Of a stretch of 40,993 nt of DNA, positions 23,796 through 32,959 are shown in pieces. The notes beneath the pieces were generated by a model. The model was not told where the DNA came from and made no database searches. It saw only the letters and a list, made by a program, of their open reading frames with translations. Source of the DNA: a virus. Lineage: Duplodnaviria > Heunggongvirae > Uroviricota > Caudoviricetes. Positions within the stretch are counted from its first letter, which is position 1, and the number at the start of each line of letters is the position of its first letter. The position numbers and the translations under genes are program-made. The stretch is taken from the IMG/VR virus record IMGVR_UViG_2563366956_000009, one strand, 5' to 3'.

Positions 23796-23951
23796 TCAAC
23801 TCAAGAGCCTTATTGCTGCTTCCAGAATTTCTTCTGAAGTAACATGTCGATCCGCGGCTACATAAATGACTTTATGATCTCCGGTCAGAGATGGAAACCC
23901 TGCGGCCATTACAGTAAGGTGTGTTTTTTCGCCATTTGGATATTCACGCAT
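23796..23951 (-). CDS. small hypothetical protein (YnfN-like, 51 aa if started at MREYPNG)
   Basis: ORF 23796..24068 contains MREYPNGEKTHLTVMAAGFPSLTGDHKVIYVAADRHVTSEEILEAAIRLLS; start uncertain (alternative MKKII start at about 24026). Confidence 0.4.
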   Translation of the reverse strand: MREYPNGEKTHLTVMAAGFPSLTGDHKVIYVAADRHVTSEEILEAAIRLLS

Positions 23952-24297
23952 GATGGTGTTAACTCCAGTCATCGCTGGCACTACCACTGCTGGTTCAGAG
24001 TTAAAAAAAACTATGATTTTTTTCATGATGTTACCGTAGTATGTGAGTACCCATCGAATAGACACCAAGCAAAAAAGCTCCCGAAGGAGCCTTCATTTTC
24101 ACTTTTTTAAATCCAACGACAGACGGCTGGCATTTAAGTATTGTGAAATATTATCAAATGTAATCATCATTGATTTACAAAAGATACATTTTGCCCCGAA
24201 AGGATTCATGTCAGAAACATCAAAAGATGATGTTCTATACTGGGAACCATGACAACACGGGCATCTAAAGTGAATATGGTTTGTAATATTGTCTACC

Positions 24298-24510
24298 TCA
24301 AAGCGCTACTACATGAACAGCGGCAGGACCTTTAGGTCCGTTCTCAATACCAAATTCAACTTCCTGATTCTCAGTTAATGTTTTGAAATCGTTGCTCTGA
24401 ATTGCTGAGAAATGGACAAACACATCTTTGCTGCCATCTTTCGGCGTGATGAAACCAAAACCTTTTTCAGGGTTAAACCATTTCACTAAACCAGTCATTT
24501 TGTTAGACAT
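24298..24510 (-). CDS. cspI: cold shock protein, CspA family (CspI-like)
   Basis: 70 aa [53 protein letters not shown]... with RNP motifs; long AT-rich leader upstream. Confidence 0.8.
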   Translation of the reverse strand: MSNKMTGLVKWFNPEKGFGFITPKDGSKDVFVHFSAIQSNDFKTLTENQEVEFGIENGPKGPAAVHVVAL

Positions 24511-24872
24511 AATTATTACCTTTTGAAGAAATTAGCCCTTGGGCAGAATGGTCCGAAAAAAAATATCAGAGAGAAAAACCAACAAGGAAATCTCAAGAGG
24601 TACAAATAATAAAATTATAACAATGACTGCTTCAGATAAATTTGTAACAAACCAGAACACCATTAACGCATGATTAACCACCCATAGCAAGGATTACTTT
24701 TGTAAAGAAAAACACAGCAATGAAAGAATAGCTTTATTTATTAATAAAACGTGTCATTCTGATTAAGACCTTTTATCTTACCCTTAAGATTTCAGGAATT
24801 TTGGCTCATGGAAGAGTCCTTTTTATTTAAATTTTACATTCCGCGATGTAAATGTTCCGATTTAATATTACC

Positions 24873-25896
<1,024 letters not shown>

Positions 25897-25900
<4 letters not shown>

Positions 25901-26208
25901 AGATATTTATGATGAGGACGCTCGTGCTTATTGGCAGGATTTTCAATCTTAAAGGAGTACTGATGCTGCAGATAAGACTCAACTTTTTCTGACAATTTTT
26001 CTGCTACTTCCAGGAAGACTTGCCGGACGCTCCTTCTGGCTGCTGCCTCATAAAACTCCAGCGCAGCTCCTTCAACACGGTCCATGGCGACATCCAGGTC
26101 AAAAATTTCACCGTCAAAGCGTTCTTTGTCCTGTAAGGCTACAGTTACCGTAACTTTATTCTCAAAATTACGGACTCCTTTCACAACCAGTTCATAGTCT
26201 TGAGTCAT
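25897..26208 (-). CDS. ydfR: YdfR-like protein (DUF1327)
   Basis: 103 aa MTQDYELVVKGVRNFENKVTVTVALQDKERFDGEIFDLDVAMDRVEG...; between holin and endolysin as in Qin. Confidence 0.7.
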
Positions 26209-26212
26209 TGGA

Positions 26213-26428
26213 TTACTCTCCTCTCGCAGCCTTACGCCTGTCTTCTTTAATCTTGAAATAAAGATTTGTCAGATACGTCAGCAGGCCAAAAACCAGGCTA
26301 CCCAGCACACCGATTGCAGCCCACTGTGACGGAGTTACTTTATCGAGTAACTGCAATGCCCAGAAACCAGCATTACCCGCCGATGTGCCATAGGCAACAC
26401 CTGTTGTTAACTTATCCATTGATTTCAT
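26213..26428 (-). CDS. class II holin (phage-21 S-type pinholin), dual start motif
   Basis: [71 protein letters not shown]; two TM segments, charged C-terminus, Met1/Met4 dual starts, GAGG RBS. Confidence 0.85.
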   Translation of the reverse strand: MKSMDKLTTGVAYGTSAGNAGFWALQLLDKVTPSQWAAIGVLGSLVFGLLTYLTNLYFKIKEDRRKAARGE

Positions 26429-26647
26429 ATCCTCACCCCGATGTACACGGATGGTGCAATATGTTTGAAAAGCTCGGAGTCTACGGGGTAGTTTTGACAG
26501 CACACGTTGTTCTCAACGGCGCTAAAAAAACATACACATTAAAAATGTGGGTAATTATTTTGAAAGAAAGTCATATATAAAATAATAATACGAGAAATGT
26601 TTTCATATTTAGTGTACTGTATACGGCCATTTATACAGGAAAAGCCT

Positions 26648-26818
26648 ATGTCAGAACGTAAAAACTCAAAATCACGCCGTAATTATCTCGTTAAATGTTC
26701 CTGCCCAAACTGCACCCAAGAGTCAGAACACAGTTTTTCAAGAGTACAAAAAGGTGCCCTTTTGATCTGCCCTCATTGCAACAAAGTATTCCAGACAAAT
26801 CTTAAAGCTGTAGCCTGA
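26648..26818 (+). CDS. small zinc-ribbon protein (CxxC...CxxC), 56 aa
   Basis: MSERKNSKSRRNYLVKCSCPNCTQESEHSFSRVQKGALLICPHCNKVFQTNLKAVA with AGGAAA RBS; antisense to the late transcript. Confidence 0.4.
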   Translation: MSERKNSKSRRNYLVKCSCPNCTQESEHSFSRVQKGALLICPHCNKVFQTNLKAVA

Positions 26819-26872
26819 TTGATTTTATTAGTAACAAGTATTTTTTATATTTTAATAATATATTTAAAGCAG

Positions 26873-26900
26873 ATAATAAAAAACCCGCCTGAGCGGGTTT
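26873..26900 (-). terminator. intrinsic terminator (strong on minus strand, possibly bidirectional)
   Basis: Hairpin ACCCGCCTGAGCGGGT; the minus-strand copy is followed by TTTTTTATTATC. Confidence 0.6.
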
Positions 26901-27181
26901 GAGATTGTGGTGCTTTTTGTGGGAGTCATCCACTTACGCACTTTGTTTTGCCATGCCAGCAGTTAGCTTCTGCTGTAAAACTATTCATGCAGCAAACCTG
27001 CACTTCACCACAATGGTTAGCATACTTTTCCTGATTAAGATTTTGCCAAATATGCTAGCCATTGTTTCATGTATTGGACCTCCTTACTTTTTATTAAAGA
27101 GATCCAATATTCACTACTCTGTCCGTATCTCTACTCAGGCATCAGCCTTCTTCGTTATCGTATACAGACGAGCGATGAATT

Positions 27182-27397
27182 TTAATCAGTAATGATGACA
27201 TTTGCTGCTGCAGGACCTTTAGCACCACTCTCTATAGAGAAGGTAACCTTTTGACCTTCAAATAAGGTTCGATAATTATCATTCTGAATCGCAGAAAAAT
27301 GCACAAACACATCTTTACTACCATCAACAGGAGAAATAAAGCCGAAACCTTTATCAGCGTTAAACCATTTTACTAAACCAGTCATTTTATTTGACAT
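27182..27397 (-). CDS. cspB: cold shock protein CspB
   Basis: 71 aa [71 protein letters not shown]. Confidence 0.9.
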   Translation of the reverse strand: MSNKMTGLVKWFNADKGFGFISPVDGSKDVFVHFSAIQNDNYRTLFEGQKVTFSIESGAKGPAAANVIITD

Positions 27398-27697
27398 TCT
27401 ACATTCCTTAACTTGAGCCTTTCGGCATAAATGGTTTGCATAACAGAAACGACTTCGTACTTAATTGGAGAGACTCAAAGAAGGAATAAGTGAATAACAC
27501 CTGAAATGAGAACTGCTTTAGTAAACTACTTCGTATATCGTCTGTTCTTCAAACCGACGCAATCATTAACGCATAGTTGAACATATGAAGCAATGTTTAT
27601 TTTAGACATCCAGCCATCTTCAACCCCATCAAAAAACTATAGCTTTCTTCAGGAACGTGTGTATAGTGCGCCAAGTTATCAGTATTAAGGAATTTTT

Positions 27698-27910
27698 TTG
27701 TCCCGTAAAATGACAGGAATTGTCAAAACCTTTGACGGCAAAAGCGGCAAGGGTCTTATCACCCCATCCGATGGTCGTATCGATGTCCAGCTTCATGTTT
27801 CAGCGCTCAATCTCCGCGATGCAGAAGAAATTACCACCGGATTACGCGTGGAATTTTGCCGGATAAATGGTCTGCGTGGCCCTTCAGCTGCCAATGTTTA
27901 CCTTTCATGA
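27698..27910 (+). CDS. cspF: cold shock protein CspF-like
   Basis: 70 aa [70 protein letters not shown]; divergent from cspB. Confidence 0.85.
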
Positions 27911-28202
27911 GCTATATTAAAGCTTTAATTTCAGGCCCCATCGGATCACACATGGAGAGTTTTTATGAATAACCCCGTCTGTCTTGATGACTGGTTGATT
28001 GGCTTTAAAAGCTTATGCTGTACTTTGGCCGTAATAGCTCTGCTAATAATATAATAAGCAGACTCATTGTGTTTAGGGACATTGTACTGGAAGAAAACAT
28101 TTTAAACATCAGGCAAATAACCAAGTCACCAGCTAAATAATAAGTTAACAGACATGAGTCCCGGGATGAGATTCAACATTACCATTGCCCCATTTAAAGC
28201 AC

Positions 28203-28237
28203 AAAACCCGCTCATCAGCGGGTTTTCTACTTTTTCT
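28203..28237 (+). terminator. intrinsic terminator after cspF; its complement is a candidate tR' of the late operon
   Basis: Hairpin ACCCGCTCATCAGCGGGT followed by TTTCTACTTTTTCTT; the reverse complement also ends in a T-rich run. Confidence 0.55.
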
Positions 28238-28331
28238 TAACGTCGGGTATACAAAGCCCATCGTTGAAAAAATTTTATCCATATTTTTTGAAAAATGCAA
28301 ACATCATGTCGCCATCTTCAGCAAAAATCAT

Positions 28332-29084
28332 TTATCTCGTCACCTTCCTCAATTGCGCTTCCGCGTATGCTTCTTCCTGCCAGCACTTTGTTACCAGTTT
28401 ACCAATGACGTCCGCATACCCCTTATACCACTGATAATCGGTCAGGTCTGGTACCAGCTTCTGGACATGACGTCGTGCCAGCGTGGTCGGTAAACGACTA
28501 AACCGGTTTCCATTACAACGCCCACAAATCTTATATACCGGTACGCCATGAAACCGGGTTCTTTTTTCATCCAGAACAATCCCTTTACCCTTACACCCTC
28601 TGCACGCTGTGCTGGCTTCGCCCTTACCATGGCAATGCTGACATAGTTCCTTCACCCATTCTTCCTTGATTACAGATTCCCCGCGTCTGTAGTGTTTCAC
28701 CACTTCGCGCAATACATTATAAAATCCCGTACCTGAACAATGCTCACAGCGAGCCTTACTTGCCGCAGACCTGGAGTAATCAGCAAAGGCAAAACTCACG
28801 AGGTAAGGAATAATCTGTAACCGGATTTCTTCACTCAATTTGTTCAATGTCGGGTTATTCAGTGCCATCGCGTAATTTAGCAGGCCTTCAATCGCAAACT
28901 GAGGGTCCTGAACACCAACTTTTGCCAGAAATAAGGCCAACCCAAGTGGTGCTTTCGACTGCACCATCCCCTGCGCTGCCATTACATCCGTAATTGTTAA
29001 ACAACCGGTGCCTGTCGCTGGAGCGTCATCGCTCAATTTTGGAGATTTTGGGGAGTAATATTTTGGTAAGGCTTCAAGGTTCAT
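28332..29084 (-). CDS. quuQ: late gene antiterminator Q (phage-21 Q / QuuQ-like)
   Basis: Start at MNLEALPKYYSPKSPKLSDDAPATG (250 aa); Cys-rich zinc-binding motifs CEHCSGTG, CQHCHGKG, CRGCKGKG; immediately upstream of the late region. Confidence 0.8.
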   Translation of the reverse strand: MNLEALPKYYSPKSPKLSDDAPATGTGCLTITDVMAAQGMVQSKAPLGLALFLAKVGVQDPQFAIEGLLNYAMALNNPTLNKLSEEIRLQIIPYLVSFAFADYSRSAASKARCEHCSGTGFYNVLREVVKHYRRGESVIKEEWVKELCQHCHGKGEASTACRGCKGKGIVLDEKRTRFHGVPVYKICGRCNGNRFSRLPTTLARRHVQKLVPDLTDYQWYKGYADVIGKLVTKCWQEEAYAEAQLRKVTR

Positions 29085-29097
29085 GCTCGTTCTCCAC

Positions 29098-30147
29098 TTA
29101 CGCCAGTACGCCAATTGCCAGCGCGCGATCGATAAAACGAAATATCAGCTCCAGTTGGGAGCCATACTTATCTTCAAATGCCACTGTATCCGTATGCAGC
29201 TCGTTGTGATGCTTTCTGCACAAAGGCAACACAAAGAGATCATGTGCTTTTGTTCCCATTCCGCCCTGCCCGTGACCAATCAGATGATGCGGATCGTCGG
29301 CTGGCATACCGCAGCAAGCACACGGCTGTGTCTTAACCCAACGTGTGTATTTCTCCTTAACCCAGCGGCGACGTTTAGGCAGCTTCATGAAAGATTCCGG
29401 AGACTCTGGATCAACGGTGATGCTTACCACCGTCTTTTCCTGTGGTGATTTTTGTTGCTGGTGGGCGTAAGGCAACGGTGCAAGATTTTTTGTGCGTTGT
29501 TTCAATATGCTGGTGGCGGTCTGCTCTCCCGGTACGATGTCGCTTTCGCGGTACACCGAGCAGATTTTTTCCGCTGGTAATCCCAGCGAACGACGCGATA
29601 CAGCCTCAGGTAGTGCATCCACCACCTGATTGCAGACCGCCCACCAGGATAATTCAGCCAAAGATAATTCCCGCTCCTGCGTACCGCTTATTGCGTGACG
29701 GATGACGTCAATCACCCATGCTGTCAGATTTTGTTGAGCAAGCAGCTCCAGTGATTCCGATGTCTGGTCACGCAGTTGGTTGTCGCAGTGCCAGCACAAC
29801 ACCATTGCGCCGGTACCATAACGGTGAATGACTGTTTCAGTGTGATGGTAATCGCCATTAGGCCACTGGCAGGATGTAACATGACGTAATAGCCAGTCGG
29901 ACAATGCGCCAACGCCGCCAGCAGCACGAATCACCCGTTCGTTACTAAAAAACGGCAGCAATGTTTTGTCTTCCGCCAGCGGCTGGCGAACGGCAGGAAC
30001 GACTCCGGATGGCAGATTACGCATGCTTTTTGGTTCCGGTTCCACCAGCACTCGAGGATTATGAAATATCTGTATGGATTCACGGCCCGGCTTAAGGACC
30101 ACCAGCCCAAGCTCAGGCACCAGAACAGGTCTAAGTAATACCCGCAC
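29098..30147 (-). CDS. ydfU: DUF968 family protein (YdfU-like) with Cys/His HNH-like C-terminal motif
   Basis: C-terminal CACCGMPADDPHHLIGHGQGGMGTKAHDLFVLPLCRKHHNELH; start assigned to the GTG giving 349 aa, uncertain (ATG alternative at about 30024). Confidence 0.65.
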   Translation of the reverse strand: MRVLLRPVLVPELGLVVLKPGRESIQIFHNPRVLVEPEPKSMRNLPSGVVPAVRQPLAEDKTLLPFFSNERVIRAAGGVGALSDWLLRHVTSCQWPNGDYHHTETVIHRYGTGAMVLCWHCDNQLRDQTSESLELLAQQNLTAWVIDVIRHAISGTQERELSLAELSWWAVCNQVVDALPEAVSRRSLGLPAEKICSVYRESDIVPGEQTATSILKQRTKNLAPLPYAHQQQKSPQEKTVVSITVDPESPESFMKLPKRRRWVKEKYTRWVKTQPCACCGMPADDPHHLIGHGQGGMGTKAHDLFVLPLCRKHHNELHTDTVAFEDKYGSQLELIFRFIDRALAIGVLA

Positions 30148-30148
30148 G

Positions 30149-30427
30149 TTACCTCCAGATCCGTTGCTGGAAAGTGCGGGACGCACGTGGTGGGCGTTCG
30201 GAATAAGGCAGCCTGACAGAGATTATCCAGTGCCGATAGTCGAGACTGAGAGCTTTCTTAACCTCGAACCCGCGCCTGCGGTAAGAATGAATCAGCCATT
30301 CGGCCTGTTCTGCAGTGCATGGAGGGTGCCGGAACCATTCAGACTTGAATGCGTGAGAATACCGCCCGTGCGTGCAGGCAAGAACGGGCGAATTATCAGA
30401 ATTGTAATATTTTGCGTTGCGTGCCAT
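30149..30427 (-). CDS. hypothetical protein (92 aa)
   Basis: ORF MARNAKYYNSDNSPVLACTHGRYSHAFKSEWFRHPPCTAEQAEWLIHSYRRRGFEVKK...; its stop abuts the ydfU-like gene with GGAGGT nearby. Confidence 0.45.
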   Translation of the reverse strand: MARNAKYYNSDNSPVLACTHGRYSHAFKSEWFRHPPCTAEQAEWLIHSYRRRGFEVKKALSLDYRHWIISVRLPYSERPPRASRTFQQRIWR

Positions 30428-30493
30428 CGGTTTTCTCCGGTGGCACGGTGTTACTCAGCGGGAGTTCAGCCCCGCGCAAGATTGTAGATGAGT

Positions 30494-30745
30494 TTATTCT
30501 CCTGAAAAAGCAGAAAAGCCAGCTTTTATTCCGATCTCTTTCAATGCCTGTAATGAAGTGACAAACTCACCTTCGCGCAAGATAAATCCGTCCGTGACCC
30601 GAGCATCCACAAAATTAATTAACGCAGCCCCATTCTTTCGCAAACACATAATGCGGTAATGACTAACAAGATTTCCATTTTCAACGCACACAGCATAGAG
30701 GCCATCTTCACAAAAAATTTTACGCAGTTCTTCGATGTTCATCAT
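30494..30745 (-). CDS. rem: hypothetical protein (83 aa; Rem-like by position and length)
   Basis: MMNIEELRKIFCEDGLYAVCVENGNLVSHYRIMCLRKNGAALINFVDARVTDGFILREGEFVTSLQALKEIGIKAGFSAFSGE; between ydfU and hokD. Confidence 0.5.
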   Translation of the reverse strand: MMNIEELRKIFCEDGLYAVCVENGNLVSHYRIMCLRKNGAALINFVDARVTDGFILREGEFVTSLQALKEIGIKAGFSAFSGE

Positions 30746-30871
30746 CAGAATCCTTCCGGATAATTAGCTCTCCCCTTTAAGGGACCATCCCTCTTATCCC
30801 TGCGCGCTACTTAAGTATTTTTGATTCTATTCCGGCACCGTCCAGAACTTCAAATGCGTTGAAAATAAAAA

Positions 30872-30896
30872 CAAAAACCCGCCGAAGCGGGTTAAG
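30872..30896 (-). terminator. intrinsic terminator ending the relB-relE-hokD operon
   Basis: Minus strand: hairpin ACCCGCTTCGGCGGGT followed by TTTTTGTTTTTATTTT. Confidence 0.65.
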
Positions 30897-30961
30897 TGCG
30901 GGTGCGTTGAGGATGCCTGCCACATCAGAGGTGGCGAGGGATTTCTCCCCCGCCGGGTCTC

Positions 30962-31117
30962 TTACTCCTCAGGTTCGTAAGCTGTGAAGACAGCGACCTC
31001 CGTCTGGCCGGTTCGGATTCGTACCTCGCAGAGGTCTTTCCTCGTTACCAGTGCCGTCACTATGACGGTTAAACAGATGACGATCAGGGCGATTAACATC
31101 GCCTTTTGCTGCTTCAT
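30962..31117 (-). CDS. hokD: Hok family type I toxin (HokD/RelF)
   Basis: Hand-translated 51 aa: MKQQKAMLIALIVICLTVIVTALVTRKDLCEVRIRTGQTEVAVFTAYEPEE; below the ORF-track size cutoff. Confidence 0.85.
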   Translation of the reverse strand: MKQQKAMLIALIVICLTVIVTALVTRKDLCEVRIRTGQTEVAVFTAYEPEE

Positions 31118-31188
31118 AGCCTGCTTCTCCTGTCAACGCAAAGCAGAAGTGTCACCTTCGGTGCGAAACAGAGATGTCATGCTTTGGT

Positions 31189-31476
31189 TCAGAGAATGCG
31201 TTTGACCGCCTCGCTATATACTTCCGAGCGTTCTCTTTTCCCAACAGAAATCACGAAAACGACAACTTTCTCGTCTATAACCTGGTATACAAGGCGATAG
31301 CCTGAAGACCGGAGCTTAATCTTGTAACAATCAGGCATACCACGGAGCTTGTTTGCTTCAATCCGGGGTGACTCAAGTACTTCAACCAGCTTCTTTTTCA
31401 ACTGTTCACGTACCGTCGAGCCCAGCTTTCGCCATTCCTTTAGTGCCCGCTCGTCAAAATCCAGAAAATACGCCAT
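31189..31476 (-). CDS. relE: RelE mRNA interferase toxin
   Basis: 95 aa MAYFLDFDERALKEWRKLGSTVREQLKKKLVEVLESPRIEANKLRGMPDCYKIKLRSSGYRLVYQVIDEKVVVFVISVGKRERSEVY... Confidence 0.95.
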   Translation of the reverse strand: MAYFLDFDERALKEWRKLGSTVREQLKKKLVEVLESPRIEANKLRGMPDCYKIKLRSSGYRLVYQVIDEKVVVFVISVGKRERSEVYSEAVKRIL

Positions 31477-31715
31477 CAGAGTTCATCCAGCGTCACACGT
31501 ACTGGCTTAGGATTACGAAGCCGTTCTTTCACTATCTCCACAAGTTCAGCATCTTCATCACTCAGGAGTGTCTGTTTGAACGGCAAGCGTTCATTGTCAG
31601 CGATATACTCGAGCATGAGACGAAGCGCTTCAGAAGGAGTTACACCCATTTTTTCAAGCGCGGCGTAAGAACGCGCTTTAAGTTCATCGTCAATACGCAG
31701 GTTAATGCTACCCAT
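31476..31715 (-). CDS. relB: RelB antitoxin
   Basis: 79 aa MGSINLRIDDELKARSYAALEKMGVTPSEALRLMLEYIADNERLPFKQTLLSDEDAELVEIVKERLRNPKPVRVTLDEL; stop overlaps relE start. Confidence 0.95.
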   Translation of the reverse strand: MGSINLRIDDELKARSYAALEKMGVTPSEALRLMLEYIADNERLPFKQTLLSDEDAELVEIVKERLRNPKPVRVTLDEL

Positions 31716-31760
31716 GTCTTACACCTCTTGTAATTACAAATGTCATTACAAGTATCGCAC
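31716..31760 (-). promoter_or_regulatory. relBE promoter/operator (relO)
   Basis: CTTGTAATTACAAATGTCATTACAAG immediately upstream of relB, including the perfect 12-bp palindrome TTGTAATTACAA. Confidence 0.7.
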
Positions 31761-32045
31761 TACAACATGCTTAGGGCAAGTCACGAAGGAAGTCAGAAAG
31801 TAGTCGTAAGAACGGTGATCACTGTCCGCTTTGTGCCAGGAGCAGCCATTGCTAAGTCCATCCTGTATTGTGCAGGTCAGCTCGTTTTTAAAGAGTCCGG
31901 CCATCATCTTACTGGTACAGACACCATATACTTTGTGACGGTCAGGCTACATATGCACAACTCAACTTATTCATCTATTTTTTGCTTTAGCATGTCAGTG
32001 TTGCTTTCTCGTCGGCGGGTGAGCGGTGACCTGACCTGTCGATAA
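31740..32045 (+). CDS. questionable ORF (101 aa; YdfV-like by position and length only)
   Basis: ORF between relB and flxA; ATG lies inside the relO operator, no obvious RBS, low-complexity translation. Confidence 0.25.
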   Translation: MSLQVSHYNMLRASHEGSQKVVVRTVITVRFVPGAAIAKSILYCAGQLVFKESGHHLTGTDTIYFVTVRLHMHNSTYSSIFCFSMSVLLSRRRVSGDLTCR

Positions 32046-32197
32046 AGGAACGTAACACGTTTTATGCAACACCCGCATGCGGCAGAAAATTATTGCCGAA
32101 CGTTTACCCCTGTCAACAAGCTTTACTTTCTGAGGCGCGCCAGCCCGCGAGGAAAACAATCTGAACATCAAACAATTAATGACACAAGAAATACGAT

Positions 32198-32224
32198 TAA
32201 AGATTTTTTTGTGCATGCCGATAG
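32198..32224 (+). promoter_or_regulatory. sigma28 (FliA)-type promoter upstream of flxA
   Basis: TAAAGATT-N11-GCCGATAG, close to the sigma28 consensus TAAAGTTT-N11-GCCGATAA, about 24 nt upstream of the flxA start. Confidence 0.75.
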
Positions 32225-32247
32225 TGCTTTTTTAAAAGGAGAAATCT

Positions 32248-32580
32248 ATGTCTGTCACAATTCAGGGAAATACCTCAACCGTTATTTCAAACAACTCCGC
32301 CCCGGAAGGAACATCAGAAATAGCCAAAATCACAAGACAAATTCAGGTGCTGACTGAAAAGCTTGGGAAAATCTCATCGGAAGAGGGGATGACGACACAG
32401 CAGAAAAAAGAAATGGCTGCATTGGTACAGAAGCAAATTGAAAGCCTCTGGGCTCAACTGGAGCAGTTGTTAAGGCAGCAGGCAGAGAAAAAGAATGAAG
32501 ACGCGACAGTTCAGCCTGATAAAAAAGAAGAGAAAAAAGACGATACAAATACCGCTGGCACCATTGATATTTACGTCTAA
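32248..32580 (+). CDS. flxA: FlxA protein
   Basis: 110 aa MSVTIQGNTSTVISNNSAPEGTSEIAKITRQIQVLTEKLGKISSEEGMTTQQKKEMAALVQKQIESLWAQLEQLLRQQAEKK... Confidence 0.9.
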   Translation: MSVTIQGNTSTVISNNSAPEGTSEIAKITRQIQVLTEKLGKISSEEGMTTQQKKEMAALVQKQIESLWAQLEQLLRQQAEKKNEDATVQPDKKEEKKDDTNTAGTIDIYV

Positions 32581-32594
32581 GTGACAGCCGTATT

Positions 32595-32625
32595 GTGGCC
32601 CTCATCGGGCCACTTTTCGCCATCA
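32595..32625 (+). terminator. intrinsic terminator after flxA
   Basis: Hairpin GTGGCCCTCATCGGGCCAC followed by TTTTCGCC. Confidence 0.5.
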
Positions 32626-32959
32626 GCCTTTTCTTTAAAGACATATTATCTTTGTATCATTTCTGATAGTTAACATTACAAGATATAAGTAATGGACGCA
32701 CTCCCAATTAGTCTATTTAAATCGCCACGAGTTTAACTGACAACCCATGATCAATTATGAATTGCAACTATTTCTGTAGTCACTTTTGTGGGGACAGTCC
32801 ACAAAACTGCCAACTTCCGCTTCTTGCTCTTAGCGGACATTAGCATAGGCTATTTACCATAACGCCTCATTACGCGCACCGCCCAGACTGACTCAGCGCG
32901 TTTCTGGCATATCCCCGGTAAAACAAGTAACAAACCACCCGAAAATGAACACCAGAAAC

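Noticed and set aside
26899-27192. 97-aa plus-strand ORF
   Set aside because: Antisense in the cspB 3' region, overlaps the strongly signalled 11-codon minus-strand ORF; Cys/Phe-rich; no RBS.
31995-32216. 73-aa minus-strand ORF between relB and flxA
   Set aside because: Overlaps the flxA sigma28 promoter and a competing plus-strand frame; no RBS; neither frame is convincing, and the plus-strand one is listed only at low confidence.
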